A stretch of 64,000 nt of DNA from Candidatus Latescibacterota bacterium (GTDB lineage Bacteria; Latescibacterota; UBA2968; GCA-2709665), in contig OZ242180.1 of NCBI GenBank assembly GCA_965205485.1, positions 96,001 to 160,000 of the forward strand, given 5' to 3'. Positions 21,507-31,390 of the stretch are shown here, one piece after another. The notes under the pieces were generated by a model. That model was not told the DNA's origin and searched no databases. It worked only from the letters and a program-made list of their open reading frames with translations. Made by a program: the position numbers and the translations under genes. Within the stretch, counting starts at the first letter, position 1. Every line of letters begins with the position of its first letter.

Positions 21507-22514
21507 ATGGCGGAGAGCGAAGAAAGGACCGATCCACAGCAAATTCAGTTCGTAAAGGGATCAGGTAGCACGATAACCATTGGCAACAGGGACAGGGAAG
21601 AGAGAATCCGCGAGGCGATTGTTGACCTCAGAATTGCAATTGGTGGATGCGCAGCTCAACCCCAAGATCGGCTCAATGACACGGTAGGATCCCTCGCGCG
21701 GCACAGTTCCATCTTCCTGAGAAAGATGGTGCTTGGCGACGATCGGAACTCACGCTTGCTGGACGCCGAGTTTTGTCAGAAAGCGAAACTGCGATTCAAC
21801 AGAATCCGGAAGGTCCATGGCAACCGGCGATTTTTTACTCTCGTCCCTGTCGACGTCACCAGAGGTTACTTGCAGGCTACCAAACTTGATGAAGAGACCG
21901 GGGAACCAGAGGTTACGCATGTAATTCCCGTGGGCCCTCAGCGGCTTTGTTTTGTAATCGATTGGCCCTTGTCCGGCATGACGGATTGGCTCAACCAGCC
22001 GACGGAGGAAACTCCTTGGGCGATAAGGCCCAACGGCTTGTTTGAGACGAAGTCGGGACAAGGGCTCGACTGCGACGAATGGCTCGGACAGCAACTGGTA
22101 ATGTTCGACAACCGGGGGATCACTTTAAAGGATGTCATAAGGGTAACTGTCAACACAGAAGCGGCTCACTCCCCTCCTTTGATGCGGCTGTCGCTGCCGG
22201 ATGGAACCGAGGACAAAGCCAGGTTCAGAGTCATTAAGGATCGTGAGATTCATATTCTTAGCCACATCTTGATCTGTGGTGTGCGGTACAGCCATGCGAT
22301 CGTGATTCAGGCGGCTATGGATCTGTACCAAACGCTGGCTCAGTACGCGTCCGATTTGCAGCCAAAAGACGATGTGGGCATCCCGGTTTTCTGCTTTATA
22401 CCAGATGACGTATTCTCGCCAGACCAAGCCTGGCTACGTTTCGATGGGGGACTCGCGATGTCTTTCGGAGGCACTGGGCAGTCCGTGACCCATCGAGTTC
22501 GGGCGCCCCGGTAA
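21507..22514 (+). CDS. Hypothetical protein (335 aa)
   Basis: Long ORF with GGAGG RBS; contains FLRKM, DEWL and ITLKDVIRVTVNTEAAH. Confidence 0.65.
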   Translation: MAESEERTDPQQIQFVKGSGSTITIGNRDREERIREAIVDLRIAIGGCAAQPQDRLNDTVGSLARHSSIFLRKMVLGDDRNSRLLDAEFCQKAKLRFNRIRKVHGNRRFFTLVPVDVTRGYLQATKLDEETGEPEVTHVIPVGPQRLCFVIDWPLSGMTDWLNQPTEETPWAIRPNGLFETKSGQGLDCDEWLGQQLVMFDNRGITLKDVIRVTVNTEAAHSPPLMRLSLPDGTEDKARFRVIKDREIHILSHILICGVRYSHAIVIQAAMDLYQTLAQYASDLQPKDDVGIPVFCFIPDDVFSPDQAWLRFDGGLAMSFGGTGQSVTHRVRAPR

Positions 22515-22797
22515 CGTGATTGTGTGGACATCGCCCGCAATAAGGACTCGTCTTCATCGCCACTAGAAAGGTGCGAGTGTCGAGAACCCCGTCGCATCCG
22601 CCACCTTCCGTCCGACGGGCTTGCTCGTCTCATGTTGCGGCAGAGCATAGCGACATCGAGCCATGAGCCGTGCGCAGTATGTTTCAGGCAAATTCGATGC
22701 CTATCGCCAGAAACTTCGGGAATCTCGTTAGCTGTGTCCGGTCTCTTCGGTTTGTTTGTCCCGGCTGCGCTACACACTTGACTAACTGGAGGAACAT

Positions 22798-23469
22798 ATG
22801 GGCGGAATCGCCAGCCTAGAAGAGGCTTGTTTTGCGAAATGGCAAGAACGCCGCCCGCTCGCCGTTCCTGACGGGGCTGTACATCCTGCGACATATGAAG
22901 CCAGCGACCCAAAGCTCCTTTTCATTCTCAAGGAAGTGAATGACATCCATGATCCCAATTGGGACCTCCGCGAATTCCTGCGCAAGGATTGTGGGCGGCG
23001 ACAAACGTGGAATAACGTGGCGCGGTGGGTGACAGCGCTAAGCCTGGGAGGCGCAAACCGCCGATGGGATCAAATACGCGACGTTGAGAACGTCAGACGC
23101 TGTCGCCTTAGAGGCATCGCAGCGATGAACGTAAAGAAGACCACCGGAAGTGGTTCGTCAGACTGGAATGAGCTTGCAAAGTTCGCAAGCGAGGACGCTT
23201 GTCATCTGAAGGAGCAATTTGGAATCTACGAGCCAGATATCGCTGTCTTGTGCGGCGTTCCGCTCGATTGGATCCCGCAGTTTAAAGGGATCGATCCTCA
23301 GCATACGAGACGGGGCATCGAGTTTCGAGAATACAAGAAAGCGAAGTTCGGAATCAGGTTTTGGCATCCCCAGGCCCGGTATCCCGCGCAGTTTCTTTAC
23401 TACTCGCTGGCAGACGCTGCTACCGAAATTCGAGAGCAAAGCCGGATTTCGGCTACTAATGGCAATTGA
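22798..23469 (+). CDS. Hypothetical protein, possibly uracil-DNA-glycosylase-like fold
   Basis: GGAGG RBS; KLLFILKE, AMNVKK, EPDIAVLCG and FWHPQAR spaced as in UDG-superfamily proteins. Confidence 0.55.
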   Translation: MGGIASLEEACFAKWQERRPLAVPDGAVHPATYEASDPKLLFILKEVNDIHDPNWDLREFLRKDCGRRQTWNNVARWVTALSLGGANRRWDQIRDVENVRRCRLRGIAAMNVKKTTGSGSSDWNELAKFASEDACHLKEQFGIYEPDIAVLCGVPLDWIPQFKGIDPQHTRRGIEFREYKKAKFGIRFWHPQARYPAQFLYYSLADAATEIREQSRISATNGN

Positions 23470-23651
23470 CTATTGACCTTCCAACGAGGCGGCCAGCCGC
23501 TGCTCATTCGCATTCTAAATCGTTCTCTAATTTCCATGCGGAAAACGCCGCACGGACATTTTCGCAAAGGGAGCAGGAGCGGCGTATTCCGTAGAGCAAG
23601 CCAATTGAGCAGTTGATCGGCAGTTCAGGTATCGACACAGGATCGGCAATC

Positions 23652-24029
23652 ATGGCGCCGACACTGAAGGAACTGATCGACCACGCTCGCTGGCGAAAGG
23701 CGGTTACCTATCGGGATACGTGGCCCCACGAATACGTGATGTCCGAAAGTGACCGGCAGGACGAACTCCTCAGCGCAATCTGCGAGCGGTTCCGCGCCGG
23801 CGAGGGTGTGGCTTGTCGCTTCTTCAGCAGTGACAATTCGTACCTATTTATCGGCAATTACAAATACTGGCTGATGACTCACTGGGACGCTATAGAGCCC
23901 GGTGTCAACTACGTGATTAACCGGGCCAGGCTGTACCGCGACCGCAGGGACTTCGTTATCCAGCATGGGGATACGGGGAAGCCGGATGACTATCCTGTTA
24001 CGCCGGCGAACGACGGTCACGACGATTAG
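23652..24029 (+). CDS. Hypothetical protein (WPHEY motif)
   Basis: WRKAVTYRDTWPHEY...YKYWLM...INRA; aromatic-rich 125 aa ORF. Confidence 0.6.
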   Translation: MAPTLKELIDHARWRKAVTYRDTWPHEYVMSESDRQDELLSAICERFRAGEGVACRFFSSDNSYLFIGNYKYWLMTHWDAIEPGVNYVINRARLYRDRRDFVIQHGDTGKPDDYPVTPANDGHDD

Positions 24030-24030
24030 A

Positions 24031-24415
24031 GCAGTTCCGTCGGGTTTAACGGATGCGATTGAGGAAAACTCGCCGCTATTTCCAACCGCCACACCACACG
24101 GGCGGTTCCCGAACCGCCCCTACAACAATCGGCGATGGCCGTTGTTGAAATCGTCGTCGAGGAACACGCGCAATTGGTCCGCCGATACAACCGCTACGTC
24201 CATGACCGCAGATCCGTCGGGTTCAAGGGATACGATTGAGGAAAACTCGCCGCTGTTTTCAACCGCCACACCAAACGGGCGGTTCGCGAACCGCCCCTAC
24301 AACAATCGGCGATGGCCGTTGTTGAAATCGTCGTTGAGGAACACGCGCAATTGGTCCGCCCATACAACCGCTACATCCATAACCGCAGATCCGTCAGGCT
24401 CAAGGGATACGATTA
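24031..24415. repeat. 177 bp tandem repeat (about 2.2 units) containing a REP and the RAYT 5' end
   Basis: Units start at 24031, 24208 and 24385; each full unit carries GGGCGGTTC(C/G)CGAACCGCCCCTAC (24100-24123, 24277-24300). Confidence 0.88.
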
Positions 24416-24923
24416 CACTAAGCCAGGCGCTTATTTCGTTACCGTCGTGACACGCGATCGCAAGTCCTGGTTCGGCGATGTCATAGACGGAGAAATGCAA
24501 TTGAACAACATGGGACAACTGGTAACAAACGCATGGGAATCGATTGCAACACAATATTCGTACGTCAAAATGGACGCTTACATTCTCATGCCGAACCACT
24601 TGCACGGCATTATCGTGACCACAGAGCAAGACACTGATCATGCGAAGAAATCCGTGCCGTCCCGCAAGTCGCTGGGGCGGCTGATTGGAGCGTTCAAGAC
24701 AATGTCGACCAATCGGGTCAACCTTAATCATAGAACACCCGGTCGGACTCTATGGCAGCGCGGCTTCTACGATCATGTCATCCGAAACGACGGAGAACGG
24801 AACCGGATTCGAGAGTATATCGTCCACAATCCCAAAACGTGGCAATCCGATCTTGAGAACCCCTATGCCGTTAAGAAAGACCCCGATCTACCGCGCAACG
24901 CACAGTGGGGACAACTATCATGA
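24312..24923 (+). mobile_element. REP-associated tyrosine transposase (RAYT, IS200-like Y1 HUH)
   Basis: RRSVRLKGYDYTKPGAYFVT, MPNHLHGII (HUH), WQRGFYDHVIR and EYIVHNP; flanked by inverted GTAG REPs. Confidence 0.92.
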
Positions 24924-25076
24924 CCGGTCATACCACTGCCCCTCCGGAATGACGCAACCCCAAACCACGCGTGTCGACCGTGTCCTGTACGAATCATTTT
25001 GAACCGTATTATACATTCTTCCAATGCGTTTCATGACGCGTACAGTAAACGGAATCCCTTCGGGAACCATTACGAT

Positions 25077-25100
25077 GTAGGGGCGGTTCGAGAACCGCCC
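25077..25100 (+). repeat. GTAG-family REP, right flank of RAYT
   Basis: GTAGGGGCGGTTCGAGAACCGCCC, inverted relative to the left-flank copies. Confidence 0.85.
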
Positions 25101-25316
25101 GATTGTCATCAGCAATGTCACGGAAATCAGTGTCGTAAAATGCGACAGTCGTATCGACGAGATGGCATGCCGGTTTTTCCGACATTCCGGTCAATATTCC
25201 ATCTTCCCAAAAGACGGCCGGGGGCGTATATTCGATAGCGGGGACGGATAAGGGCATCCGATACGGTACCTGCGGGATCTGAAACGGCATTCAACGAATT
25301 GAAGGGATATGCAGAG

Positions 25317-26303
25317 ATGGCTCATCTAACTGAAGCGCAGGTCGCGGAGTTCGAGGCGCAGGGGTATCTGGTCGTCAGAGGTCTGTTTGACCCCGAAGAG
25401 GACCTGGATCCGGTGATCGAGGAGTACGCCGGTGTTCTGGACCGTCTTGTATGGGAACTGTACGAAAACGGAGACATTGCTTCGACGTACGATGACCTGC
25501 CGTTCGGCGACCGGCTGACGAAGGTCTACGTGGAGTCGGGCAAGGTGCACGCCCAGTATTTCGACTTTTCGCTGCCGCAGAAGAACGTCCAGGCGGATAC
25601 GCCGATGTGGGTGGGACCGGAGGTTTTCCGGCTATTGCGAAATGAGAAGCTGCTGGATGCCGTGGAATCCCTGATCGGTCCCGAGATCTATTCCAATCCC
25701 GTGCAGCACGTCCGCCTGAAACCGCCGGAGCACCTGTGTCCGGTCAACGATGCGGGGCGCGTTCAGCTGGGCGCCACGCCCTGGCACCAGGATACGGGCG
25801 TTGTGAGGCCCGAAGCCGACGAGACGAATATGCTGACCGTGTGGTTCGGCCTGTGGGACGCGACAATCGAGAACGGCTGCCTGGAGGTCATTCCCGGGAG
25901 CCATCGGGAGGGACTGCTGCATCACTGCCACGCGACCGCCACGATGTCACGGGGATTCGGCCTGCAGATTCCGGACCGCCTTCTGCGCCAGGGAGACGGC
26001 GTGGTGCTTCCCATGAAACGGGGGGACGTGTTATTCTTCCACCGGCTGAACTGCCATTCGTCGCTGCCGAATAACAGCGACAATATTCGCTGGAGCTTCG
26101 ACCTGCGCTACAACCCCATCGGCCAGCCCACGGGGCGCGGGTCGTTTCCGGGATTCATCGCCCGCAGCCGCTCGAATCCGGAAAGCGAACTGCACGACCC
26201 TGAGGAGTGGGCGAGGCTGTGGCACGAGGCGAGAAGCAGGCTGGCCAGAAGCGCGGATCCGACGTACAATCGTTGGAAGGTGGACGATCCGGTCTGTGCG
26301 TGA
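25317..26303 (+). CDS. Phytanoyl-CoA dioxygenase family Fe(II)/2OG oxygenase
   Basis: GYLVVRGL, PWHQD (HxD), NGCLEVIPGSH, HSSLPN and RWSFDLRY. Confidence 0.9.
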   Translation: MAHLTEAQVAEFEAQGYLVVRGLFDPEEDLDPVIEEYAGVLDRLVWELYENGDIASTYDDLPFGDRLTKVYVESGKVHAQYFDFSLPQKNVQADTPMWVGPEVFRLLRNEKLLDAVESLIGPEIYSNPVQHVRLKPPEHLCPVNDAGRVQLGATPWHQDTGVVRPEADETNMLTVWFGLWDATIENGCLEVIPGSHREGLLHHCHATATMSRGFGLQIPDRLLRQGDGVVLPMKRGDVLFFHRLNCHSSLPNNSDNIRWSFDLRYNPIGQPTGRGSFPGFIARSRSNPESELHDPEEWARLWHEARSRLARSADPTYNRWKVDDPVCA

Positions 26304-26541
26304 GCGCAGAGTGCGGGACGGGAACGCCAATCGCGAGACGATTGTCGCCGATAGCTTGTTTTACGACGTTGCCGGGCGTACGGCTGACGAAATTGAACCC
26401 GAATCCATCCTGTCGGGGATTCTGAGTACGATACATAGACGGTACTGCGTCACTTAGATCCATTCCACCGCAGCACAGACCTTTCGAGGTTGTTCGAACT
26501 ACCCCTCCTTCGGAATCAAAATATCCCACCTGATAGCCAGC

Positions 26542-28641
26542 TTACTCCCCCGCGGACTTTCCAAAGTCCTTCGCGAAGATCAGGAAGTCCGAGAATCCCA
26601 CCTCGCCATCACCATCCAGGTCGTATCGTGAGTCGTAGCCCAGGTCGCCCAGGCTTGACCCGAAATTCGCCGCGAATTGAATGTAGTCGGGAAAGCCAAT
26701 GGCGCCATCGCCATCGAAATCGGGATCGGGCGTTTGGGAAACCCGGTATGGGGTAAGATCCCAGACCAGAATCGTGCCATCGTAAGATCCCGACGCGAGG
26801 GCCTTTCCGTCGGGCGTAAACAACACGCTGGAGACCCAGCTATTGTGTCCTTCGAAAATTGCGATGATTTCGCCCGTGGACATGTCGTATAGCCTCACAA
26901 GGTCTTCACTTGTTCCTACGGCGAACATCGTCCTGTCCGGGGAGAATGCCACGCAATTGGGCCATCTTGCATTATGCGTGGCAGTGGTCAGGCCTGTCCC
27001 AAGGTCCCACACGCTGACGAAATCGTCGCGTGAACCGGCAGCCAGTGCTGTTCCATCCCTCGAAAAAGCCATCGAAAAAACCCTCAAGGAATGTCCTTCA
27101 AGGTCGTGGGTGGTGGTTCCAGTCGCTACGTCCCACAGTCTGATCCCGCCGTCGCCTGTTCCGGCTGCCAGTGTGTTTCCATCCGGCGAAAAAAGCAAGG
27201 ACGTGACCGACGCATTCAGGCCCGTCCACCTGTCGATATTGCTTACAGTTTTCGGAATCCAGAGGTAGACGTTTCCCTTGACATCCCCCGAAGCGAGCTT
27301 CGTCCCATCGGGTGAAAATGTCACAGGTCCGACATCGAATCTGTGCGGGAGTATATTGGAGCTGCTGTGTGTGTCCATGTTCCATAGCCGAACCGTGCCG
27401 TCCTGTGATGCGGACGCAAGGGTGCTTCCATCGGGCGAAAAGGACAACGAATTGATCCGACCGTACCCGTGCCCCACAAGGGCTGCGTCCCTGCGCCCCG
27501 TAGCCGCGTCCCAGATATTGGCGATCCCGTGGTACGCATCGGAATGGGAAGCCAGCGTGGCGCCGTCCGGCGAAATCGCCAGTGTCGAAACCACACCCAG
27601 GTGGCCGGAAATCGTCGTGAAATTCCCGCTCCTGTAGTCCCATAGTGAGACGTCTCCATCATCCGAGGCGGTTGCGAGGATCGCGCTATCGGGCGAATAC
27701 GCAATCGCGCGTACCTCGCCTCGATGCCGATCGAACGTGGCGATTTTTAGCCCCGTGCGTGCATCCCAGATTGGGACCGAGCCATTGAAAGTCCCGTAGG
27801 CGAGCGTGGCGCCATCAGGAGAAAACGCGACACACAGTGGCTGCCACCCGTTATCCAGAGGGGGCGCGGCTATCGTGCGTGTCGCGACGTCCCATAAACG
27901 GACCGTTCCGTCACCTGAACCCGAAGCCAGTTTTCTTCCGTCCGGTGAGAAGGATACGGTTCGGACTTCCCTCTCGTGGCCCTCAAGGGTGGCGATCCTG
28001 GTACGCGTCGCAACGTCCCACAGCTGAACCGCATTTTCGTCACGCAAAGCGGTCGCAAGGGTCCTCCCGTCCGGTGAATAGGCCATCGAGATGCCGAAGA
28101 GCCAGTTTCCCACGTTTCCCTGGAGTTCAGTAGAGGTGAGTGTTCCGGTGGCCGGATCCAACCGTTCGAGTATTCCGCTACCAGAGGGAAAAATGAAGGA
28201 TTTGCCGTCTGGAGATGGCACGAGATATTCTATCACCGAACTCTGAGCGGCGAAGGTAAAGGTTGTAATATTGGATGCCGTTGCGACGTCCCAGAGCCTC
28301 ACGTCTGCATATTCCCCCAGTCTGCCACCAGAGGCAAGCGTGGCGCCATCGGACGAAAAGGATAAGGAACTCACACTCCCTGAAGGCAGGAGCGCGACTG
28401 CTTCAAGATTCTCCACGGTGTAGAGCCATACGCCGGTGCCACTGGCTACAGCAAGGAGTTTTCCGTCAGGCGAAAAAGCGACGGCCCGGTCCGAACCGCC
28501 AATTCTTCCCTTCCCCATACGAAGTGTGGCACCTCGTGGCAAGTGCCAGGTCGGAAAGTCTTCGGAAGCGTAGACGTCCTGATGAAAAGGCGGTTGCAGG
28601 CAGACAAGAATAAGAACGATCGCACAAGCGAGATGCCTCAT
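26542..28641 (-). CDS. Secreted WD40-repeat protein with C-terminal dockerin/EF-hand-like domain
   Basis: Signal-peptide-like N-terminus; about 14 FSPDG...LASGS.DGTVRLWD repeats; paired DFDGDG/DLDGDG loops at the C-terminus. Confidence 0.88.
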   Translation of the reverse strand: MRHLACAIVLILVCLQPPFHQDVYASEDFPTWHLPRGATLRMGKGRIGGSDRAVAFSPDGKLLAVASGTGVWLYTVENLEAVALLPSGSVSSLSFSSDGATLASGGRLGEYADVRLWDVATASNITTFTFAAQSSVIEYLVPSPDGKSFIFPSGSGILERLDPATGTLTSTELQGNVGNWLFGISMAYSPDGRTLATALRDENAVQLWDVATRTRIATLEGHEREVRTVSFSPDGRKLASGSGDGTVRLWDVATRTIAAPPLDNGWQPLCVAFSPDGATLAYGTFNGSVPIWDARTGLKIATFDRHRGEVRAIAYSPDSAILATASDDGDVSLWDYRSGNFTTISGHLGVVSTLAISPDGATLASHSDAYHGIANIWDAATGRRDAALVGHGYGRINSLSFSPDGSTLASASQDGTVRLWNMDTHSSSNILPHRFDVGPVTFSPDGTKLASGDVKGNVYLWIPKTVSNIDRWTGLNASVTSLLFSPDGNTLAAGTGDGGIRLWDVATGTTTHDLEGHSLRVFSMAFSRDGTALAAGSRDDFVSVWDLGTGLTTATHNARWPNCVAFSPDRTMFAVGTSEDLVRLYDMSTGEIIAIFEGHNSWVSSVLFTPDGKALASGSYDGTILVWDLTPYRVSQTPDPDFDGDGAIGFPDYIQFAANFGSSLGDLGYDSRYDLDGDGEVGFSDFLIFAKDFGKSAGE

Positions 28642-28743
28642 AGCCTGGCTCCTTTCTCAATCGATACCGGTCGCGCGACGGCGAGAAAGTGATTCGCGGC
28701 GACGTCAATGCAAACTGAATGTAAAATTCCCTCGTTAACAAAC

Positions 28744-31203
28744 CTAATTCGCTGCGGTACTTCCGAAGTGTTCAGTCAGGATAAGCAAATCCGCCAGGTC
28801 GACGGTGCCGCTGCCATCCAGGTCGCAGTCGGGATCGTCTGTGCCGAAGGCCTTCGCGAGGAGAGCGAAGTCGGAAAAGTCGATCTTGCCGTCGTCATTC
28901 AAATCGGGCGAGACCTCAGCGATAGCGGTGAAAAGCACGGCGTCGAGTCCGGGAACTTCTGCCGTGACCTTGATTGCCCCGCGATCGGGGCCCAGAGTCA
29001 AGGTAGTTGAGGCCCTGCCCGTCGAGTCGGCGGTCGCATTCGCCATGGTGAGGGCGCCATTTCCTTCGGTGACCGAGAAGGCGACCGGAACGTCTCCCAA
29101 AGGTTGCCCATACTGGTCTCGTATCTCGACGATCAAGGCGCCGGGAAGACGCACGCCCGGCCTGTCCTTCTGCCCGTCGCCCGAGACGACCGTCAAAGCC
29201 GACGGACGCGGCTGCCATGCCACGGCGTCCCACAATTCGAGTCCCCTCCCGGTCCCGGAGGCAAGGGTCCTGCCATCGGGCGAGAAGGCAATGACAACGA
29301 CACCTCCTTTGTGCGCCAGAGAGTCGATCTGGGATCGTGTTGCCACGTGCCATAGTCTGACCAACTCATGGGACCCGCACGCGAGTATCGCGCCGTCAGG
29401 CGAGAACGCCATCGGTTTCCCGCCCAGTTTATTGTAGAATGTGGCGAGATGACGCCTGGTCCGAACATCCCAAAGCTTGACGGTACCGTCCCATCCTGCC
29501 TTGGTTGCAAGTGTCGCGCCGTCTGGCGGTGAGAAGGCGATGGCGCCGACCCAGCCGGAATGCCCTTCCCAACGTGTCATGTGTTCGCCTGTCTTCGGGT
29601 CCCAATAGTGTACAGTTCCTTCCGCGGAAGCGGTTACCAGCCTCATCCCATCGGGCGAAAACGCCAAGGAAGATACCTCGGCATCATGGTCAAGGTTGGC
29701 GAAATTCTCCTGGGTCGCCAGGTTCCAGAGCTTCACCGTGGTTCTTCCCGAAACACCCGCCAGAACACCGCCATCAGTCGGTGAGAAGGCTACTGACTTG
29801 AAGCTGGAGTTTCCCCAGAGTTCTACCTCGAAGGTCAGGGTGTTGGCTCCCGTGGACACATCCCAGAGTTTGACCGTGGTATTGTGATGTGTGGCAAGCG
29901 TAGACCCGTCCGGCGAGACCGCAACCCCCAGGGCCGAGTGTTCCGCTCCAAAGCTCGTAATGGTCTCTCGGGTCTGCAAGTCCCAGGATTTGACCGCTTC
30001 GTAATCAGCTGCATAGACCAATACTCCCGTGGAGGGCGAATACGCCAGCGCGTTGATCTGGGTCTCCTCGATGGAGGCGATATGTTGTTCGGAAATCTGA
30101 TGCAGCGGTATATATAGATTGGATACCCTGCCGGAACTGTCGACGACCCACAATTGCGTCCTGTGTGTAATGGGACTGGAAAGACTCGTGCGGTCATTGG
30201 AGGGAATCAAGCCGTCGTAGTCGAATTCAACGTGCACAGCAGGTTCGCCGGAAAAGGATCGGCACGCCTTGACTTCAGGGTAACCGCAGGCGCCGTGCCC
30301 ATACGTTGTCTTCGTGTAGAGAATAACCTGGCGGAGCCCTTGCGCGTTATTGAATCTGGCTCTGATCGGGATGCTCCCGGACCCTTCAGGATAGGCGAGG
30401 GGCGAGAGGAGGTCGATCGTCGTTGAAGGTGTCCGCTGCGTTACCAAAACACCGTCGTTGAAAAAGCCGCGTATCGACAGGAACTCGGCTGCGCAGGCGG
30501 AAAGCCTGGACCGGTTGCCCCCGCCGTAGGACATGATATATTCGTCGTCTCTGAAGTCGTGCTCAAGCTCGAAGGCGTGGCCGAGTTCGTGGGCTAACAG
30601 TCTCCAGGAAAACGAACTCGGAACCAGCACCGAAGCGAAGGATTGATCGCCTTCACTGGACAGGTAGGTTACACCGCCTGCCGGGCCGCCCAGAAAAGGT
30701 ACTGTATCGGAACCGAAGTCGCGGACAATAATTTCAACTCGCGATCGTCCAAGGGCTTGCCAGGTTTCTCCTCGGTCGTCAGAGCTATTGTAATAGTGTG
30801 CAGCAGGGTGTTTGCCATCCATACGATGGACCAAAGGCTCACCCTGTGAATCGGTCTCGAATGTAAAGGTCCGATTGCCGTGGCCATGCCTTTCCATCTC
30901 TGACGCGAAAAGGCGCTGAATCTGCAGGATCGTACTCTTCATCGATTCGACGACCTCGGGGCGAAAGGGACGGTCATTGGGCAGGAAATAGACCAATCGC
31001 ACCGTGTTAGGGACGTCCTCATCCAGAAACGATGGCTTTGCGGCGCCAGTGAAGTCTGTGTCTCGGGTATCGATAACCCGACAAAACGCCACGCCCTCCG
31101 CCCCCGTGTTGATCGTGGCGGCATGTCCCTTCGACATCCACGCGAGGAATGTGATGGCCAGTACAATCCACCCTGAGATGTGGGTCACTGTATGACTTTT
31201 CAT
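28744..31203 (-). CDS. Secreted Zn-metallopeptidase + WD40 + Ig-like + dockerin-like protein
   Basis: AHELGHAFELEHD with downstream YIMSY; WD40 repeats; VSGDGQ...VEIRDQYG.P Big_1-like domain; DLNDDG/DLDGSG loops. Confidence 0.85.
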   Translation of the reverse strand: MKSHTVTHISGWIVLAITFLAWMSKGHAATINTGAEGVAFCRVIDTRDTDFTGAAKPSFLDEDVPNTVRLVYFLPNDRPFRPEVVESMKSTILQIQRLFASEMERHGHGNRTFTFETDSQGEPLVHRMDGKHPAAHYYNSSDDRGETWQALGRSRVEIIVRDFGSDTVPFLGGPAGGVTYLSSEGDQSFASVLVPSSFSWRLLAHELGHAFELEHDFRDDEYIMSYGGGNRSRLSACAAEFLSIRGFFNDGVLVTQRTPSTTIDLLSPLAYPEGSGSIPIRARFNNAQGLRQVILYTKTTYGHGACGYPEVKACRSFSGEPAVHVEFDYDGLIPSNDRTSLSSPITHRTQLWVVDSSGRVSNLYIPLHQISEQHIASIEETQINALAYSPSTGVLVYAADYEAVKSWDLQTRETITSFGAEHSALGVAVSPDGSTLATHHNTTVKLWDVSTGANTLTFEVELWGNSSFKSVAFSPTDGGVLAGVSGRTTVKLWNLATQENFANLDHDAEVSSLAFSPDGMRLVTASAEGTVHYWDPKTGEHMTRWEGHSGWVGAIAFSPPDGATLATKAGWDGTVKLWDVRTRRHLATFYNKLGGKPMAFSPDGAILACGSHELVRLWHVATRSQIDSLAHKGGVVVIAFSPDGRTLASGTGRGLELWDAVAWQPRPSALTVVSGDGQKDRPGVRLPGALIVEIRDQYGQPLGDVPVAFSVTEGNGALTMANATADSTGRASTTLTLGPDRGAIKVTAEVPGLDAVLFTAIAEVSPDLNDDGKIDFSDFALLAKAFGTDDPDCDLDGSGTVDLADLLILTEHFGSTAAN

Positions 31204-31390
31204 CGCTCGCCTCACTTTCTTGGCCTGCGGGCCTTGACTATTGTGTTTCCTACCTGTCGCGTATTCCTGATTGAGTTTGAGCCTGGATTACAGATGAACT
31301 GAAAGCTCGGGTAAAGAGGCGATGTACGTTTAGTACCACCGTTTGCCAGCCGAATTCCAACAATTTCGAGCTAACCCACCTCACAATAGC

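Noticed and set aside
24031..24415. CRISPR array (also considered for the 8034-8585 and 58021-58658 repeats)
   Set aside because: Whole units are duplicated with no unique spacers, there are only two copies each, and no cas genes are present.
7905..25300. Integrase-mobilised island with an attR copy of the tRNA 3' end
   Set aside because: No integrase gene in the window, and I found no second copy of the tRNA-Ala 3' sequence by eye.
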